A DNA stretch of 64,000 nt from Eledone cirrhosa (taxonomy: Eukaryota). The notes beneath the pieces are model-generated. The model saw nothing but the letters and a program-made list of their open reading frames with translations, was not told the DNA's origin and searched no databases. Made by a program: the position numbers and the translations under genes. Of the stretch, positions 1-14,440 are shown piece by piece; position 1 is the stretch's first letter, and every line of letters begins with the position of its first letter. The DNA lies in contig OZ024746.1 of assembly GCA_964016885.1 (NCBI GenBank), positions 21,204,001-21,268,000 on the forward strand, written 5' to 3'.

Positions 1-39
1 ATGGGTAAAAATATATAATAAAAGTCACTAAGGAGGTGG

Positions 40-84
<45 letters not shown>

Positions 85-339
85 GTACATGTGTGTGTAT
101 GTAATCTCTTGCTTATTTGTATATATTTAAAAACAAACATCTATTATTAGAATACTGCCGAATATATCGTGGAACGTAAGTGCTGACGTGTTTATATCTA
201 GAGTGCATCTTACTAATTTCAATACACATTAGGTTTTCTAACTTGAAGCTATCGAATATTTTTGCTACTTTACATTTAACATCTAAGTACAGGTAGTCCA
301 TTGCATATTATAAGTGACAACTTATTATCTTACGACAAC

Positions 340-1562
340 TGAATGGTATCGTGTGGTGGTGTGTGGATGTTTGAGAGACTGTGTGTGTATGCGTGAGGGA
401 GAAGTACCTGGATATGTGGGAGTCTGTGTGTGTATGTGTGTGGGTATGTGTCTCTCTGAGTTCATTCGTACGTGTATGTATGTATGTGTGTGTGCGTGTG
501 TGCATGTGAACGTGTATTTTGTGTCTATATGTGCCTGTATACATTCGTGAGTTTGTGTATGTGTTTGTGTGTAGTTGTGTGTGTGTATGAACGCACGCCT
601 GTATATATTCGTGTGTGTGTGTGCGTCTATGTGAGCATGTCTGTATACATATGTATACATATGTATGTCTGTGTGTGTATGTCTGTGTGTATGTATGTCT
701 CTGTGTGTGTATGTCTCTGTGTGTGTATATTCCTGTGTGTATGTCTCTGTGTGTGTGTATATTCCTGTGTGTATGTCTCTGTGTGTATGTCTCTATGTGT
801 ATGCCTGTGTGAATGTCTCTATGTGTATGTCTGTGCGTATGTCTCTATGTGTATGTCTGTGTGAATGTCTCTATGTGTATGTCTGTGTGTATGTCTGTGT
901 GTATGTCTCTATCTATGTGTATGTCTGTGTGTATGTCTCTGTGTGTATGTCTGTATGTGTATGTCTCTAGTTGTCTGTCTCTATGTGTATGTCTATGTGT
1001 ATGTATGTCTCTATGTGTATGTCTGTGTGTATATGTCTGTGTGTATGTCTCTGTGTGTGTGTCTGTATGTGTATGTCTCTATGTGTATGTCCTTATGTGT
1101 ATATGTCTCTGTGTATGTCTCTATGTGTGTATCTCTCTATGTGTATGTCTCTATGTGTATGTCTCTATGTGTATATGTCTCTGTGTATGTCTCTATGTGT
1201 GTATGTCTCTATGTGTATGTCTCTATATGTGTATGTCTCTATGTGTATATGTCTCTGTGTATGTCTCTATGTGTGTATGTCTTTATGTGTATGTCTCTAT
1301 GTGTGTATGTCTCTATGTGTGTATGTCTATGTGTATGTCTCTATGTGTGTATGTCTCTATGTGTGTATGTCTCTATGTGTGTATGTCTCTATGTGTGTGT
1401 CTCTATATGTGCATGTCTCTATGTGTGTATGTCTCTATGTGTGTATGTCTCTATGTGTGTATGTCTATGTGTGTATGTCTCTATGTGTGTATGTCTCTAT
1501 GTGTATGTCTCTATGTGTGTATGTCTCTATGTGTGTATGTCTATGTGTATATGTGCGTATGT
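340..1562. repeat. Microsatellite-derived minisatellite, 14-16 bp unit (GT)GTATGTCTCTATGT
   Basis: Direct tandem repetition; the Cys/Val/Tyr/Met ORFs here are artefacts. Confidence 0.95.
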
Positions 1563-1967
1563 TTAGCTGCCTTCTAAAATTCATTTTCTTAATGTACATC
1601 AGTGGGATACAAGCATGTCTCAAGTTGAAACCATTGAACCTGACAGATTTAGATAAAATAGATTTCTTCATGTTCATCTTTGCCAATTGACTTTGGCATA
1701 GATTTATCATCATTCAGACCTACGTCTTTATTTTAACGAGAAGCCATGAAAAATGTTATATTTCTTCTCATGTCCCCTTCGAAACATTAATGGATACAAG
1801 ACTGCGTGAGTAGCCAGATTCTGCCAATGGCTGACAATATAATTATTTTGTTAGGTGTTTTGTGTATTTTGAACATTCATATTATTTACCACATTTTACT
1901 AAGGTGCACATCATCGTACCTCCATTTTTACCATTTATTGTATTAATATTCTTTAGAATGATATTAC

Positions 1968-3820
1968 CACACACACACACACATATATATATATATACAC
2001 ACTTATATATACACAGACACTTATATATACACACACACACTTATATATACACACACACTTATATACACACACACTTATATATATATACACACACTTATAT
2101 ATACATATTCACACTTATATATACACGCACTTATATATACATATACACACTTATATATACATACAAACACTTATATATACATATACACACACTTATATAT
2201 ACATATACACACTTATATATACATACACACACTTATATATGCATACTCACATTTATATATACATATACACACTTATATATACATATACACACTTATATAT
2301 ACATATACACACTTATATATACATATACACGCTTATATATACATACACACACACTTATATATACATACACACACACTTATATATACATACACACACACTC
2401 ATAAATACACGCACACACTTATATATACATACACACACTTATATATACATACACATACACTTATATATACATATACATACACTTATATATACATACACGC
2501 ACTCATATATACATACACACACACTTATATATACATACACACACACTCATATATACATACGCACACTTATATATACATACAAACACACTTATATATACAT
2601 ATACACGCACTTATATATACATATACACACTTATATATGCATACTCACATTTATATATACATATACACACTTATATATACATATACACACTTATATATAC
2701 ATACACACACTTATATATACATACGCACACATATATACATACAAACACACTTATATATACATATACACACACTTATATATACATATACACACTTATATAT
2801 GCATACTCACATTTATATATACATATACACACTTATATATACATATACACACTTATATATACATATACACACTTATATATACATATACACACTTATATAT
2901 GCATACTCACATTTATATATACATATACACACTTATATATACATATACACACTTATATATACATATACACACTTATATATACATACACACACACTTATAT
3001 ATACATACACACACACTCATAAATACACGCACACACTTATATATACATACACACACTTATATATACATACACACACACTTATATATACATATACATACAC
3101 TTATATATACATACACGCACTCATATATACATACACACACACTTATATATACATACACACACACTCATATATACATACGCACACTTATATATACATACAA
3201 ACACACTTATATATACATATACACACACTTATATATACATATACACACTTATATATGCATACTCACATTTATATATACATACTCACACTTATATATACAT
3301 ATACACACTTATATATACATATACACACTTATATATACATATACACACTTATATATACATATACACACTTATATATACATATACACACTTATATATACAT
3401 ATACACACACTTATATATACATACACGCACTTATATATACATACACACACTTATATATGCATACACACACACTCATATATACATACGCACACTTATATAT
3501 ACATAAACACACTTATATATACATACACACTTATATATACATATACACACACACTCATATATACATACACGCACTTATATATACACACACACTCATATAT
3601 ACATATACACACACTTATATATACATATACACACACTCATAAGTACACACACACACTTATATATACATATACACACGCACATATATATACATACACATAC
3701 TTATATATACACACACATTCATATATACATATACACACACTTATATATACATACACACACACTCATAAGTACATACACACACTTATATATACATACACAC
3801 ACACTCATAAATACATATAC
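1968..3820. repeat. Minisatellite, ~20 bp unit ACTTATATATACATATACAC, with a ~620 bp higher-order duplication
   Basis: Tandem units; rare variant ATAAATACACGCAC recurs at 2401 and 3019 with the same following variants. Confidence 0.93.
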
Positions 3821-4060
3821 AGACCCAATCTTCTATCTGCCATTATTTCTAATACTTGTTTGTGTGTGGAACAAATAAAAAAAATAATAATGGTATTAAT
3901 AGGGAAGTAGTGTTATTGTTGTTGTTGTTGTGGAGATGGTGGGGTGGCTTCTCCACCATTTAAGCATCTGTATGATTGCTCAACTGAACTTCCGCTCTTG
4001 AAAGAATGTATAGTTTATGAGACAAGACTGGACCTTTGAATTACATACAAATTCAACCCA

Positions 4061-4061
<1 letters not shown>

Positions 4062-4095
<34 letters not shown>

Positions 4096-4140
4096 GAAGA
4101 AGAAGAAGAAGAAGAAGAAGAAAAAGAAGAAGAAGAAGAA
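4062..4140. repeat. Compound (AAT)n(AAG)n microsatellite
   Basis: Directly visible. Confidence 0.97.
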
Positions 4141-4159
4141 CTTCAAATCGTACAAAGAA

Positions 4160-5430
4160 ATCCTTATGTAACGCTTCTAAATGATAACAGTAAAACCATG
4201 TAGTACTATTTTCACATGATAAACACGGAAGCTAGTAAAATCTTTACGTCACCACTTGTGATTAAACAGGATATACTTTGAAACAAATGCACATGAAACA
4301 AACTTCGTTTTAATCAGATCCATTTCATCTTATTGGACTGTAAATTAATTCCATTAAACTTGAAATACAAATCTGTGTTATAAGCTATGCTACTTTTAAA
4401 TTTCAAGTTGTCTCGCATGAATATAGTTTAGTTTTCAAAGAATTTCAAATTTGTCTCAAAAAGTCTATAAAACCGATTCAAACAAGAACCATACCATTCG
4501 ATAATCTGCAAGCAGCAAAGTAAACTAGCAATCGAATAAATATTTTGTAGTTTTGTTCGTTCATCTGTCTGAGCAATATGCCATTGAGGGAATTATTTTT
4601 AATTTCGTTAATTGCCATAATAGCATATTGCAATGGCAAATACAAACGATTACTAAGATTTTTGCAACTAGATGTCATTGAATCATACAATCCACTACCA
4701 ATATATTCGACAATAAGATTTGTTAAGTGTGCAATGAATTCCTGGTTGCCAGAACTGCACCAGCTTGGATCTGTAATTATATTGCTAAGTGGAATCTCCT
4801 TTTCTTTAAAAATACTATTTCCTCAAGAAAAAATATCGTCTCTGTTTTTACTTGTCACTTCACGTTCCTGCAATTGGCGCAGCTAGTCGTTGGGATGCTA
4901 CTCTAGACGTTTTCGTAGTCAGCCTCGTCACTACAGGTCTTTATTCTCCATCGCACGTAGAAGGGTCTCGATGTTGTGACCAGTCCAGTCCTGTATTTGA
5001 TGTATCAGTTGCCAAATATACAGCAAATAATAAATCTTCATTTTCTCTCCTTTTATAAATCAAATATAAAGAACAGCAAAATTGTAACGAAAATTGGGAC
5101 AGGCATAAAAATTGTATTTCGTCAATTTATCGTTGTAACCTTATTAAATTCGTCCGTCACTGCTTGTGCAACAGAATACGTACAATTGCAATAGCATCTG
5201 GCAAAATTTATTATTCACCAATAGTACGGGGGTAATCAGAAGTCAACTGTTTTGCGAAATGGATCAGGAAAAACTTTAAAATATGATATATATATTAAAT
5301 TGTCTTATCCGTATGAATTTTTTAAATTGCTCTTCTAAACTTGACAGCTTCGTAGATGTACTAGAAAAATTATGCATAGTGATAAAACCATACCTTAATA
5401 TTCGACACTGTACCAGAGACAATCCTTATG
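4160..5430 (-). mobile_element. Degenerate hAT transposase of Buster/Charlie (SCAND3-like) type
   Basis: Minus-strand fragments in the expected order: YSVEY/LRYGFI, TIGE**ILP, QR*IDE, EDLLFAVYLATDT..KTETIF, FKEKEIPLSN, EFIAHL, KNLSNRLYLPLQYAIMAINEIKNNSLN..RLL..RLSNG..FYRLFE, MDLIKTK; many stops and frameshifts. Confidence 0.85.
4849..5000 (-). mobile_element. 3' end of an RTE/RTE-X-like LINE inserted in the hAT transposase
   Basis: QIQDWTGHNIETLLRAMENKDL**RLTTKTSRVASQR resembles RTE-type ORF2 C-termini; short GTGAAGTGACAAGT tail; removing it rejoins TDT-KTETIF. Confidence 0.7.
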
Positions 5431-5857
5431 TGGTTCTATAGTGGTTATATCTATAAAAATATATAATGGTAAAGATAAATATTATTATCATCAACACATG
5501 TGACAGTTTTATGAGCAACTACGTATATATGTATATAATCTAGTTTTAGAACTGTTGAGCGATAGGAAGTTTTGAATTTATAAGTTAGAAGTACCAACCT
5601 TCTTTATTTTTTACTATAAAAAATGGTCTAAGTTAGGTACATAAACCCTAGAGATGGAAATAAAATTGTACTGCGCCGCACGTGGGACACGATCACGTCG
5701 GCGAAACGGTATATTCTAATTGTAGGTTCGTGTTCCACAGGTGGTTCTGAACACATTTTTTCCCTCACCAAGATGTATATGCCCAACTTAGACTAGTTTT
5801 CATAGTCAAAAAGCGTATCCTACAACTTCAAAACGTATACATACATACACATATATT

Positions 5858-5895
<38 letters not shown>

Positions 5896-5944
5896 TAAAA
5901 CTGCACTATCCACAAGTGTTTTTAACCTTCATATCATGTCCTCC

Positions 5945-6013
5945 TATTTTATCTGATGAAAACACATGTTATTGCATGATGATATTTGTTTTTGAAATGC
6001 GCATAATAAAATA
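5945..6013 (+). ncRNA. Type I hammerhead ribozyme in a ~150 bp island between two (TA)n tracts
   Basis: TATTTTAT-CTGATGA-AAACA..TGTTT-TT-GAAA-TGCGCA-TA^-ATAAAATA: 8-bp stem I, palindromic stem III ATGCGCAT, AUA triplet. Confidence 0.75.
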
Positions 6014-6041
6014 CATGGAACTCATTTAACCATCTTTTGAT

Positions 6042-6099
<58 letters not shown>

Positions 6100-8634
6100 C
6101 ATATATATATATAAGATGTGTGTGTGCTTGTGTATGTGTGTTTGCACATGTGTACATGCATGTGTGTGCGTGTGTGCGCGTAAATTTCCGAAACGAGAAC
6201 GATAGTTTATATATCAAATACATAGATAAAGAACAGAATGTTCATATCCATGCGAAATACAATTTATTTATTACAGGCAGACTGTATAAAATCTTTTCAG
6301 TCGCAATTAAACATAACATATCAATCTAACATCATGATCTTTTTTATCAATTCCTTAAGAACGGTTCCTCTTTAAAAGTTTAAATCTCTCTACTCCAAAG
6401 AATATCATGACTGCCTTTACTATCCATCAATAATCATATCATAAGAGTGCTTCAAACAGCTAAGCGGAATACCATAGAAATATTTATGTATCATAAATAG
6501 GACACATTCATTTGTCTTTAAAATTCAACCAATGATAGTACAACGTTCTCTTATAACATAGAGTCTTCTGAGTAAATAAAAGTTTTAATGAGCTTATCAT
6601 CTTTAATCTACACATCTTCACAAACATTGCTATCAGACCATAGTAAAGGTTATATGGTGCTTTAGTCAGAGCATGAGAACGTACTTAAATCATAAATAAC
6701 TTCATATGAAAAGTTATTTGAATATATGATCGAAATTCAAAATACTATAAAATCTCTCCCTCATTTTCTCCCCCGCTCTTATTCTCTCCCCCTCTCTTAT
6801 TTTCTCCTCCACTCTCTTATTCTTTTCCTCTCTCGCTCATTCTCTACCCATTTCTCTAATTCTCGCCCCCTCTCTATCATTTTCTACCTCTCTCCCTCAT
6901 TCTTTCTCCTTCTCTCTCATTCTCTCCCCCTCACTTCTTCTACCCTCCCCCTTTTTTTTTCATTCTCTCTTCCTGTCTCTTATTCCCCCTGTCTCTACTG
7001 TATTTCTTCATATTTTTTATCTTTTGTATCCCCGGTATCTTTTTTTTTTGTAATATTTCTTGGGTATTTGCAAATGTTGGCACTTATATGAGTCTGGTGA
7101 TTTTTAACCTTGTAACATACCCCAACTCCGTCCTTCAGTTAATGTTACGATATACGGTTGGTTTAATTCTTCAGATTCAATATAGAAGACCGTTAAAGAT
7201 ATTTGTTTTAGGAGTCACTTAATGTTAGGAGTCACTTAATGTTTGGGACTTTACTGAGCCATATTTTTCCAATGCATGTTAGTACATATCAGAAATCTAT
7301 AAACCTTCCCCAATGCTTTATTTTATTGATACCAGTGGGATTTAACGCCCGGAACACAAAGCGCTGGAACAAATACTTCGCTTGTCCAACGCTTTAAGGA
7401 CTTTACTTCTAACGATTCTGCCAATTCAACACCTTTAGCCATAGCTAATTCAACAAAGAAATTGTCACGACTGCTGCAAAATATTTCTCAACATGCGTGT
7501 AAAAACAAATATGAAAATAGAAGCTACATCAATAAAAACTTCATTGATGCACCTTCCATTGTAATATGCTCAATGTTGCAAGCAATTAGAAAACCATAAA
7601 AAGATCCTATATTTAAATCTTCGAAGAAAATTAATTTAATCTTTGTATTTCATTAATTTCTATTTATAAATTACAGTAAATTCAAGAATATTTAATTAAA
7701 TGAATAAGTTTGTGTAATTGAAATATGCTATATTTTTTTTTGCCACATAAGCCAGCCCAGTAGACTTAATTGTGATGAGGTGTTTTTTTCTAATTATTAC
7801 ATTTTCCGAAATCAATGAATGACATCATATACCTCAACAAGTTTATAACTTTTACTCATTGATAGCAAATTTATCGTTGAGTATATAAATATAACAGATT
7901 TTACGTACACTCAACTCATTGACTACTGCCGACGAGAGAGAGAAAGAGGTGGGGTGAGACTTTACATGGTAACTTGGCTTGATACAAGTCACAATGAATT
8001 CTCCCTGAAATCATACTTTACTGACTTAAAAAATCTTAAACTGTTTGCTAAACGATCGCTGCTTTATACAGCGTCAATTAGTATACTCAAAATGTAGCAT
8101 AGTTTATATAGGATGCATGTAAATATGCCAAACAAAGAAAAAAAAAATTCAGTTAAATATCAAGCCTCTTCCAACGACCACATTTAGAATAAATAGTAAA
8201 AGACTGATTTAATCTGTTTAAAGCAGATTATTTCGGATTAGTTATAGTAACTCATTTGCCATATGATTTCTTATTCACTGAAGATTGTGTGTATTATTCT
8301 GTCTTAATATAGATTAATTTCAGTAATCTGACGAAAACAGGTGTGAGCTGAAAGTAAAAAAAAAGGGGAGGGAGGGGGGGGACATATTATATCCACAAAT
8401 GATTGCAAACTAAGTATTTCAAATGAAAACAAAAATGTACTTTACTTATCTAAGTAAGCGATGGTTTCATAATATTTAAATGTTATCTACAAGTCTTCAT
8501 CAAATACTCGATATGGAATTTTACGCATCCCATTCGTATATATTTAACCGAATTACATCTCGCTCTCTCTCTCACTCTTTCACTCTCTATCTATTTATCT
8601 ATATATTTAAAAGAAAGAGAGACGGGATTGGGGG

Positions 8635-9300
8635 TACAAGGTTTGTTGAAAAGGTATCCGCCCATTAGGCCTACTTAGCAAATCCCCTTCAACCAAAGCC
8701 CCTGGTGCGTCCACACTTTTAGCCCATTGTTTGAAACAAGTCTGGAATGCATTTTATGAAATTGCTTTCAGTTCCCTCGTTGCAGTTCGCATGATGCCCT
8801 CTCACCATTCAAAGCCGGATCCTATCAGTGTCTTCATTTAGGAGAACAACCACAAATCAGAACGAGTCATGTCAAGAAATTTAGAGGGTGTGGTGAGTTC
8901 GCGAAATGCGTTTTCATGGTACAGCTGCCAGGTTTAAGACACTCACCGATCCTGGCGCTTGTGCCGGACTGCTATCACGAAGACATTGGGGGTTTTCCCG
9001 GTTGTACTCCTTTGTAGCTGTTTGTCCTTCTTATGGATATTTGTGGCGCAAAAAGCCTCGATAGTCAAGGAAAACAGTCAATATCAACTTGATTTTGATC
9101 CAGATCTGACGTGCTTTTCGGAGGTCGGGGTCTTTGTAATGGTGTATGCTGCCTCTGTGATGACTGAGATTTAGTTTCCGTACAACCAAGTTTTATCTTT
9201 AGTTATTATGGTATTCAGGAATTCAGAATCCTTGTGGGCAGTAAAAGGTGAATTTAAAGTAGTATCGCATAAGCCGACTGCTTGGCAGCGACTGACGCTC
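8635..9300 (-). mobile_element. Mariner (Tc1/mariner) transposase relic with putative 3' TIR
   Basis: DSEFLNTIITKDKTWLYG (IITGDETW-like); PHPLNFLDMTRSDLWLFS (HPPYSPDLAP.D-like); ATRELKAI..AFQTCFKQW..VEGD; TACAAGG end at 8635. Confidence 0.85.
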
Positions 9301-10087
9301 CAATGAGCCCACAGAAAACCACACATGCGCTTGATTTTATGCTTCTCTATATTGCACACTTTTCTTTCCCTAATGTCATTTGTATGAATATGTATGCACC
9401 TATATGTGCGTATATATATATGTGTGAATGTTATGTATTTGCCTGTAACGTGGGGCACATATCTTTATAGATTCTTGCGCAGGTCAAGTAATATTCCATT
9501 TGAGGACATGGAGCTTGTGATCAAGAACCATAGCTTGGTAATGGAGGAAACGGATCGTAGTTGGATTTCTCTCAAATTTATAACAGATTCATTTCACTTC
9601 GAAGAGAAATATACGAATAGTTAATCCCATTCATTAAACAAATAGATATTGTAAGAAGGTTCAAATCACTGTTTAACGCTCAGGGATATTCTATATTTCA
9701 TGTTTTATTTAATCCTGTGTCGAAATTAAATTGTTTCGAGGCTTGATATTGTATAGTATACCCAATTCAATGTATTCGCCTTTGAACCCTTGCAACACTA
9801 AACCTTTCCTTTGTGTTTTCTTCATTCATTTATATCCATTTTTATTCAATTTTATGTTGCCTTTGGTGAACAATTGCGTCGGTGACTACGGCTTTCCAAT
9901 GGATCAATCAATGATCCACCGACTTCCTGGCGATAGGAATAAGTGACAAGAAATTATCTGAGGCGCTGTTCAAAACAAATATATTGCAACGGATTTCTAC
10001 TGAAATACATCGGCAAAAGAAACGCACATACATACATACATACATACATCATACATCATACATACATACATACATACATACATACAC

Positions 10088-10425
10088 GATGATGGCTGCC
10101 CCCTCGTTATCGAGTATGGCCATTGCACGATATACCATTATTAATAATTATTAATTAATTCTATCGTGCAATGCCTGTGCGTGAATATATTTTTTAAAAT
10201 GAGGAAAGACAGTGCACTGAGCCAATCCCACTCTCTGAGCGACAATAGCTGTAACCCGAAAAGAAGAAAAGATCAACATCATCGGTAACTACTGAGTCGC
10301 AGGTTCTATATCGGAGTTATCCCAGTTTCCTGAGTTGCCTTCTCCTAGAAGAATGCCCTGACAAAGGCTAGGAGACCTTCACTCCCAGTGGTTTAACCGC
10401 GCGATCGGGTGTCCAGCCCGACTAT
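10088..10425 (-). mobile_element. Divergent partial copy of the RTE-derived non-autonomous element
   Basis: Shares TAGCCTTTGTCA.GGCA..CTAGGAGAAGG, GATGTTGA.CT.TTCTTCTTTT and the 3' CTCGA.AACGAG..GGCAGCCA.CAT end with the full copies. Confidence 0.8.
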
Positions 10426-10509
10426 TTCTATGTCCCCGCGCATATACACACACATGCACCCATGTATATACACATATACATATACATACACATGTACATG
10501 TGTACACAC

Positions 10510-10699
10510 TTTTGGATGGCCGTTGACTCTTATGAGTTCTTCCGCCCTTTGTCAGGTTCTGTTTTTTGTCCTGCAGGGTGTCCAAAATCACCCTCCTCAC
10601 CAAGGTGGGGTTGCCGGTTTAGTCGCCGACGACCCGACCATGCGACAGGTTGTACTGGGTTACATGTTACCAGTAGCACTCAAGAGTGACCCAACTGAC
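10510..10699 (-). mobile_element. 5' fragment of the RTE-derived non-autonomous element
   Basis: Homologous to 11128-11321. Confidence 0.85.
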
Positions 10700-10711
10700 A
10701 AAGATACATAC

Positions 10712-11321
10712 ATGGTGGCTGCCAACTCGTTTTCGAGTACGGCCGCTACTTTATATCCATGTAGGAGAACCCCTACCGATGCGCTGAACAAGTGTGACTT
10801 TTCAGTCCAGCCAGCGACTTGAAAGCTCTGGTACAAACACTACACTTGTGACAATTATTGACACATAGTGCTGGGCCCATGGTACCATGTAATGACAAGT
10901 GCAGAGAGATCTACAGATATAAAGCAATGCCTGTGCCGTGAAGCTTTTATAGGGAGAAAAGGCACTGCACAAAGCCAGTCCCACTCTCTTAACCAAGATG
11001 ATATTTACCAAAAAGAAGAACAAGTCAACATCATTGGATACCATCAGAGTTGCAGGTGTTATATCAGAGTTTTCCTTCTCCTAGAATTCTGCCTTGACAA
11101 AGGCTAAGGGGTCATCTCTCCCAGTGATTTTGGATGGCCATTGACTCTTAAGAGCTCCTTTGCCCTTTGACAGGTTTTGTTTTTAGTCCTGCAGGATGTC
11201 CAAAGTCACCCTCCTCACCAAGAAACCTTGGTGGGGTTGCCAGTTTAGTCGCCAACGACCCGACCATGGGACAGGTTGTACTGGGATACATGTTACCAGT
11301 AGCACCAACTGGTGACCTGAC
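10712..11321 (-). mobile_element. Full-length ~610 bp RTE-derived non-autonomous element (SINE-like)
   Basis: Near-identical to 47181-47790; RTE 5'UTR-like CTAGGAGAAGGAAAACTCTG; C2H2 remnant; 3' hairpin CTCG-AAAA-CGAG; flanked by (TACA)n. Confidence 0.88.
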
Positions 11322-12029
11322 ATACATACATACATACATACATACATACATACATACATACATACATACATACATACATACATACATACATACATACATA
11401 CATACATACATAAAGTGACTCACCCACCCAGTGACTATAGTAATCAATTCGATATTCGGATATTCCGATGGCTGTACTCACCCTTTATATGAAGGCAACT
11501 ATCTATATTATAGAAACGTTAAACGACAGAGTGTAAATAGAGTTATACACGAATATTTCTACAGAAGTATCTATCACCGAAAAGAACATAGGAAACGATC
11601 TAGCTATCGAACACAAATGTCGTTACGAGATATGAAAATAAAAAAAAACATATTAGACATCCCAACTAACTTGACTACAACAATACCAATTAGATGAACA
11701 ATTGAAACTATAAAGAATTCCCCAATAAATTTGCCACTAGAAATAACAATGGGTTATCTACTAATATCACATTATATCTCTATATAAACATCAGACTAAT
11801 CGTTCCTATCATATAAATAACTTTATTAAAAATATTCTGGCTTCTGTCAAATTATAGAGATTATCTAAAGTTGATATCATCACAACCTTTGGGACGCTAA
11901 TGAGCGAATCTCTCGTAGTTCGCTGCTGATTTGTGTTTCATTTTGTTTATTGCCCTTATTGTTTATTACCAAGGTCACCGAATGTTCAGATAGGGCGTGT
12001 AGTGGGGGGGGGGGGGGTTGTATTCATTG

Positions 12030-12290
12030 AGACTCTCCAGATCAACCATATCAGGATCATTGAAAACAGAACATTATTGTTTCTGAAGAATCTCAACCAT
12101 GATTTTAACATGATCATAGAGAATGTTCTCTTTTATCAATCAACGGGCCAATAGATGAAATGACTTTATGCTTCATGGCAAATACGAACACTTTGGGCTG
12201 ATCATTGATGATAGACTTCATGTAGTTTTGATGATCATGGTTTCTTTTTTCTTATTAATTCGAGCAATGCTATAGCAAACGAATTGTGGT
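12030..12290 (-). mobile_element. CR1-like LINE ORF2 linker fragment
   Basis: SIINDQPKVFVFAMKHKVISSIGPLIDK followed by frameshifted MVEILQKQ*CSVFNDP. Confidence 0.55.
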
Positions 12291-12623
12291 GTTGCTGCTG
12301 GCAACACTTTATTTGATTGTTTTTATAGATATTGTTTGTTGTTTTCGAAGAGAGGTGTTTCTATCGTTAATTACACTGTACATAGATTTCTTTAGACATC
12401 CAGATGGAGTGTAGTTTCAGAATATATTTGTAGTACAAGGGGCGGTGAAATAATTTCTGAATGATGAAGGGGGAGGCAAATTTTGAAAATTTAGTTGTAG
12501 TGATATGAGATAAACATAACATGGACATAAATTGTAGCACATATCCAAATAGATGTAAGTTTTGGTAGTTTGGTGAGAAAAATATAATTATTGGAGGAAA
12601 GGGCATGCCCCCCCCCCCCCCCA

Positions 12624-12960
12624 TTGGCAGAGTTGTTAGATAGAATGCTTTGCAGTATTCGTTTCGGTTCTCTACTCAAATTCCGCTGAGGTTAAGTTCA
12701 ACTTTGCTTTTCATCCTTTCGAGGTAGATAAAAAGTACCAGTCTAGATTTGGGGTCGATTCTTCTTCTATATCTCTTTCTCACTTCCATTCTCTGAGCTT
12801 CTATCCTTCTCTGGAAGAAATCTGCTGTATTCAGACCTGGAGAGGAGATGGGCTCCACCAGGTTTTAAAATACCCTAGAAACGCCGTGTGTCAGTACAGC
12901 ATCCGTACGACTCCAACAGGAGTTACGGGACCATGCATGCATTTTGTGATCACACTTTCA
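12624..12960 (+). mobile_element. Composite SINE: tRNA-like head, Nin-like central domain, alternative 3' region
   Basis: CTTTGCTTTTCATCCTTTCGAGG..AAAGTACCAGT core then GAAGAAATCTGCTGT region also seen at 44040-44440 and 52600-52922. Confidence 0.75.
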
Positions 12961-13279
12961 CAAAAAGATCAACGGAAATCATCAAATTCGATCCCCTTTG
13001 AGATTTGAACTAGGAGACATTGCATAACTAGCCTGGAGGCTATCTACTATCTGCACATACTAGCGCAACAGCAGATATCTATTGCTACTATTGATTGCAG
13101 CTTTAATATTTACATTACAACTGTTCAGACTAACGTATCTGTATCTGGAAGAAGCGCACCTGTTAACAGCACCGTCATCGTCCCCACCAACACCGACGCC
13201 ACAGCTGGCCCGATCCCACAGCAGTCACCACCTCTATCATCAACACCTTCACTGACGTGGTATCGTGTGAAAGCTTCTG

Positions 13280-13680
13280 CTTGGTCGATCGACATGCTAG
13301 AAATAGCAACCAAATCTTTTTCAGATTATTCTTGGAAAACAAAAAAGAACGTGTTTGTTATGGTCTGAATGCTTACGTTCATAGGTCAACTTGATCAGGC
13401 CTGACCTATGGCTAAATAATAACAACAATAGTTTACCTCTTACATCACAATATCACCGTCATCATATATTTGCATCCTCACGAAAATTATCAACGCGATA
13501 TCATAACGTCCACTACCTCCAAGAGCCTGCTAGAAATAGCAGCCAAATTAACTTCAAATCCCACTCTGTCATCCGTAAAAAGGGGTGAGTCTGAATTCTC
13601 TTCATATAGGACAAAGACAGGATGATCACAGCTAGAATGCCTTTAATCATAGATCTGATTGATCAACGTTGAGCTGGGTC
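13280..13680 (+). mobile_element. Two copies of an interspersed repeat (GCTAGAAATAGCAGCCAAAT family)
   Basis: Motif at 13296 and 13529; further copies near 14300, 28440-28660 (-) and 29417. Confidence 0.65.
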
Positions 13681-13805
13681 CAGGGCCGGATTTTCACCTA
13701 AGTTATATGAAATTTGAGGCCCTTCTCCAAAACATTTCGGTTTAAAAAAAATTAATACTCATACAAGATTATATTTTTTATATTAATGTTAATGATAAAG
13801 AATGA

Positions 13806-13976
<171 letters not shown>

Positions 13977-14059
13977 TGGGAGAGAGAGAGAATTTAGTGT
14001 TAGAGAATAAATACTAATGGTAAGATAAAAATATTTTTAAAAAGACAGAAAGAGGAAGA

Positions 14060-14218
14060 ATTGGCCCCAGTACAAGACAGGTAATCTTTTTTATCTCAAT
14101 CGAATAGATGAAAGGCAAATTCGACCTCGGCGGGATTTGAACTCAGGGAGAAGAGAGCCGGAACGAGTGCCACAAAGCATGCTATCCGACATTCTACCGA
14201 CCCTGCCAATTCGCCGCC
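14060..14218 (-). mobile_element. tRNA-derived SINE (major family)
   Basis: GATGAAAGGCAAA.TCGACCTCGGCGGGATTTGAACTCAG, the reverse complement of B-box plus central domain. Confidence 0.85.
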
Positions 14219-14440
14219 TCCTGGGAAGTGTTAACCAGGGGCTAAACAAAAACATGCACTATGGGTCAATGTGGAAGCCTCTACCTGGTCGCCTGAAATG
14301 GTAGAAATAATAACCAAAACTCCTTCATCTTATACGCCACAACAGATATTACGTCACCACCGCACTACCTCCACCACTACTGAATTTATTATGATCAGAG
14401 AAACTATAAAACACCACACAAAGACGGTATTATTAACACC

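Noticed and set aside
308-3642. Long Cys/His/Tyr-rich ORFs
   Set aside because: Translations of microsatellites, open in several frames
8325-8360. CTGACGA..GAAAG hammerhead
   Set aside because: Stem II register overlaps GAAA and there is no convincing stem I
13090-13365. Pro/Ser/Thr-rich open frame as a coding exon
   Set aside because: Runs into an interspersed repeat; no clear splice sites or homology
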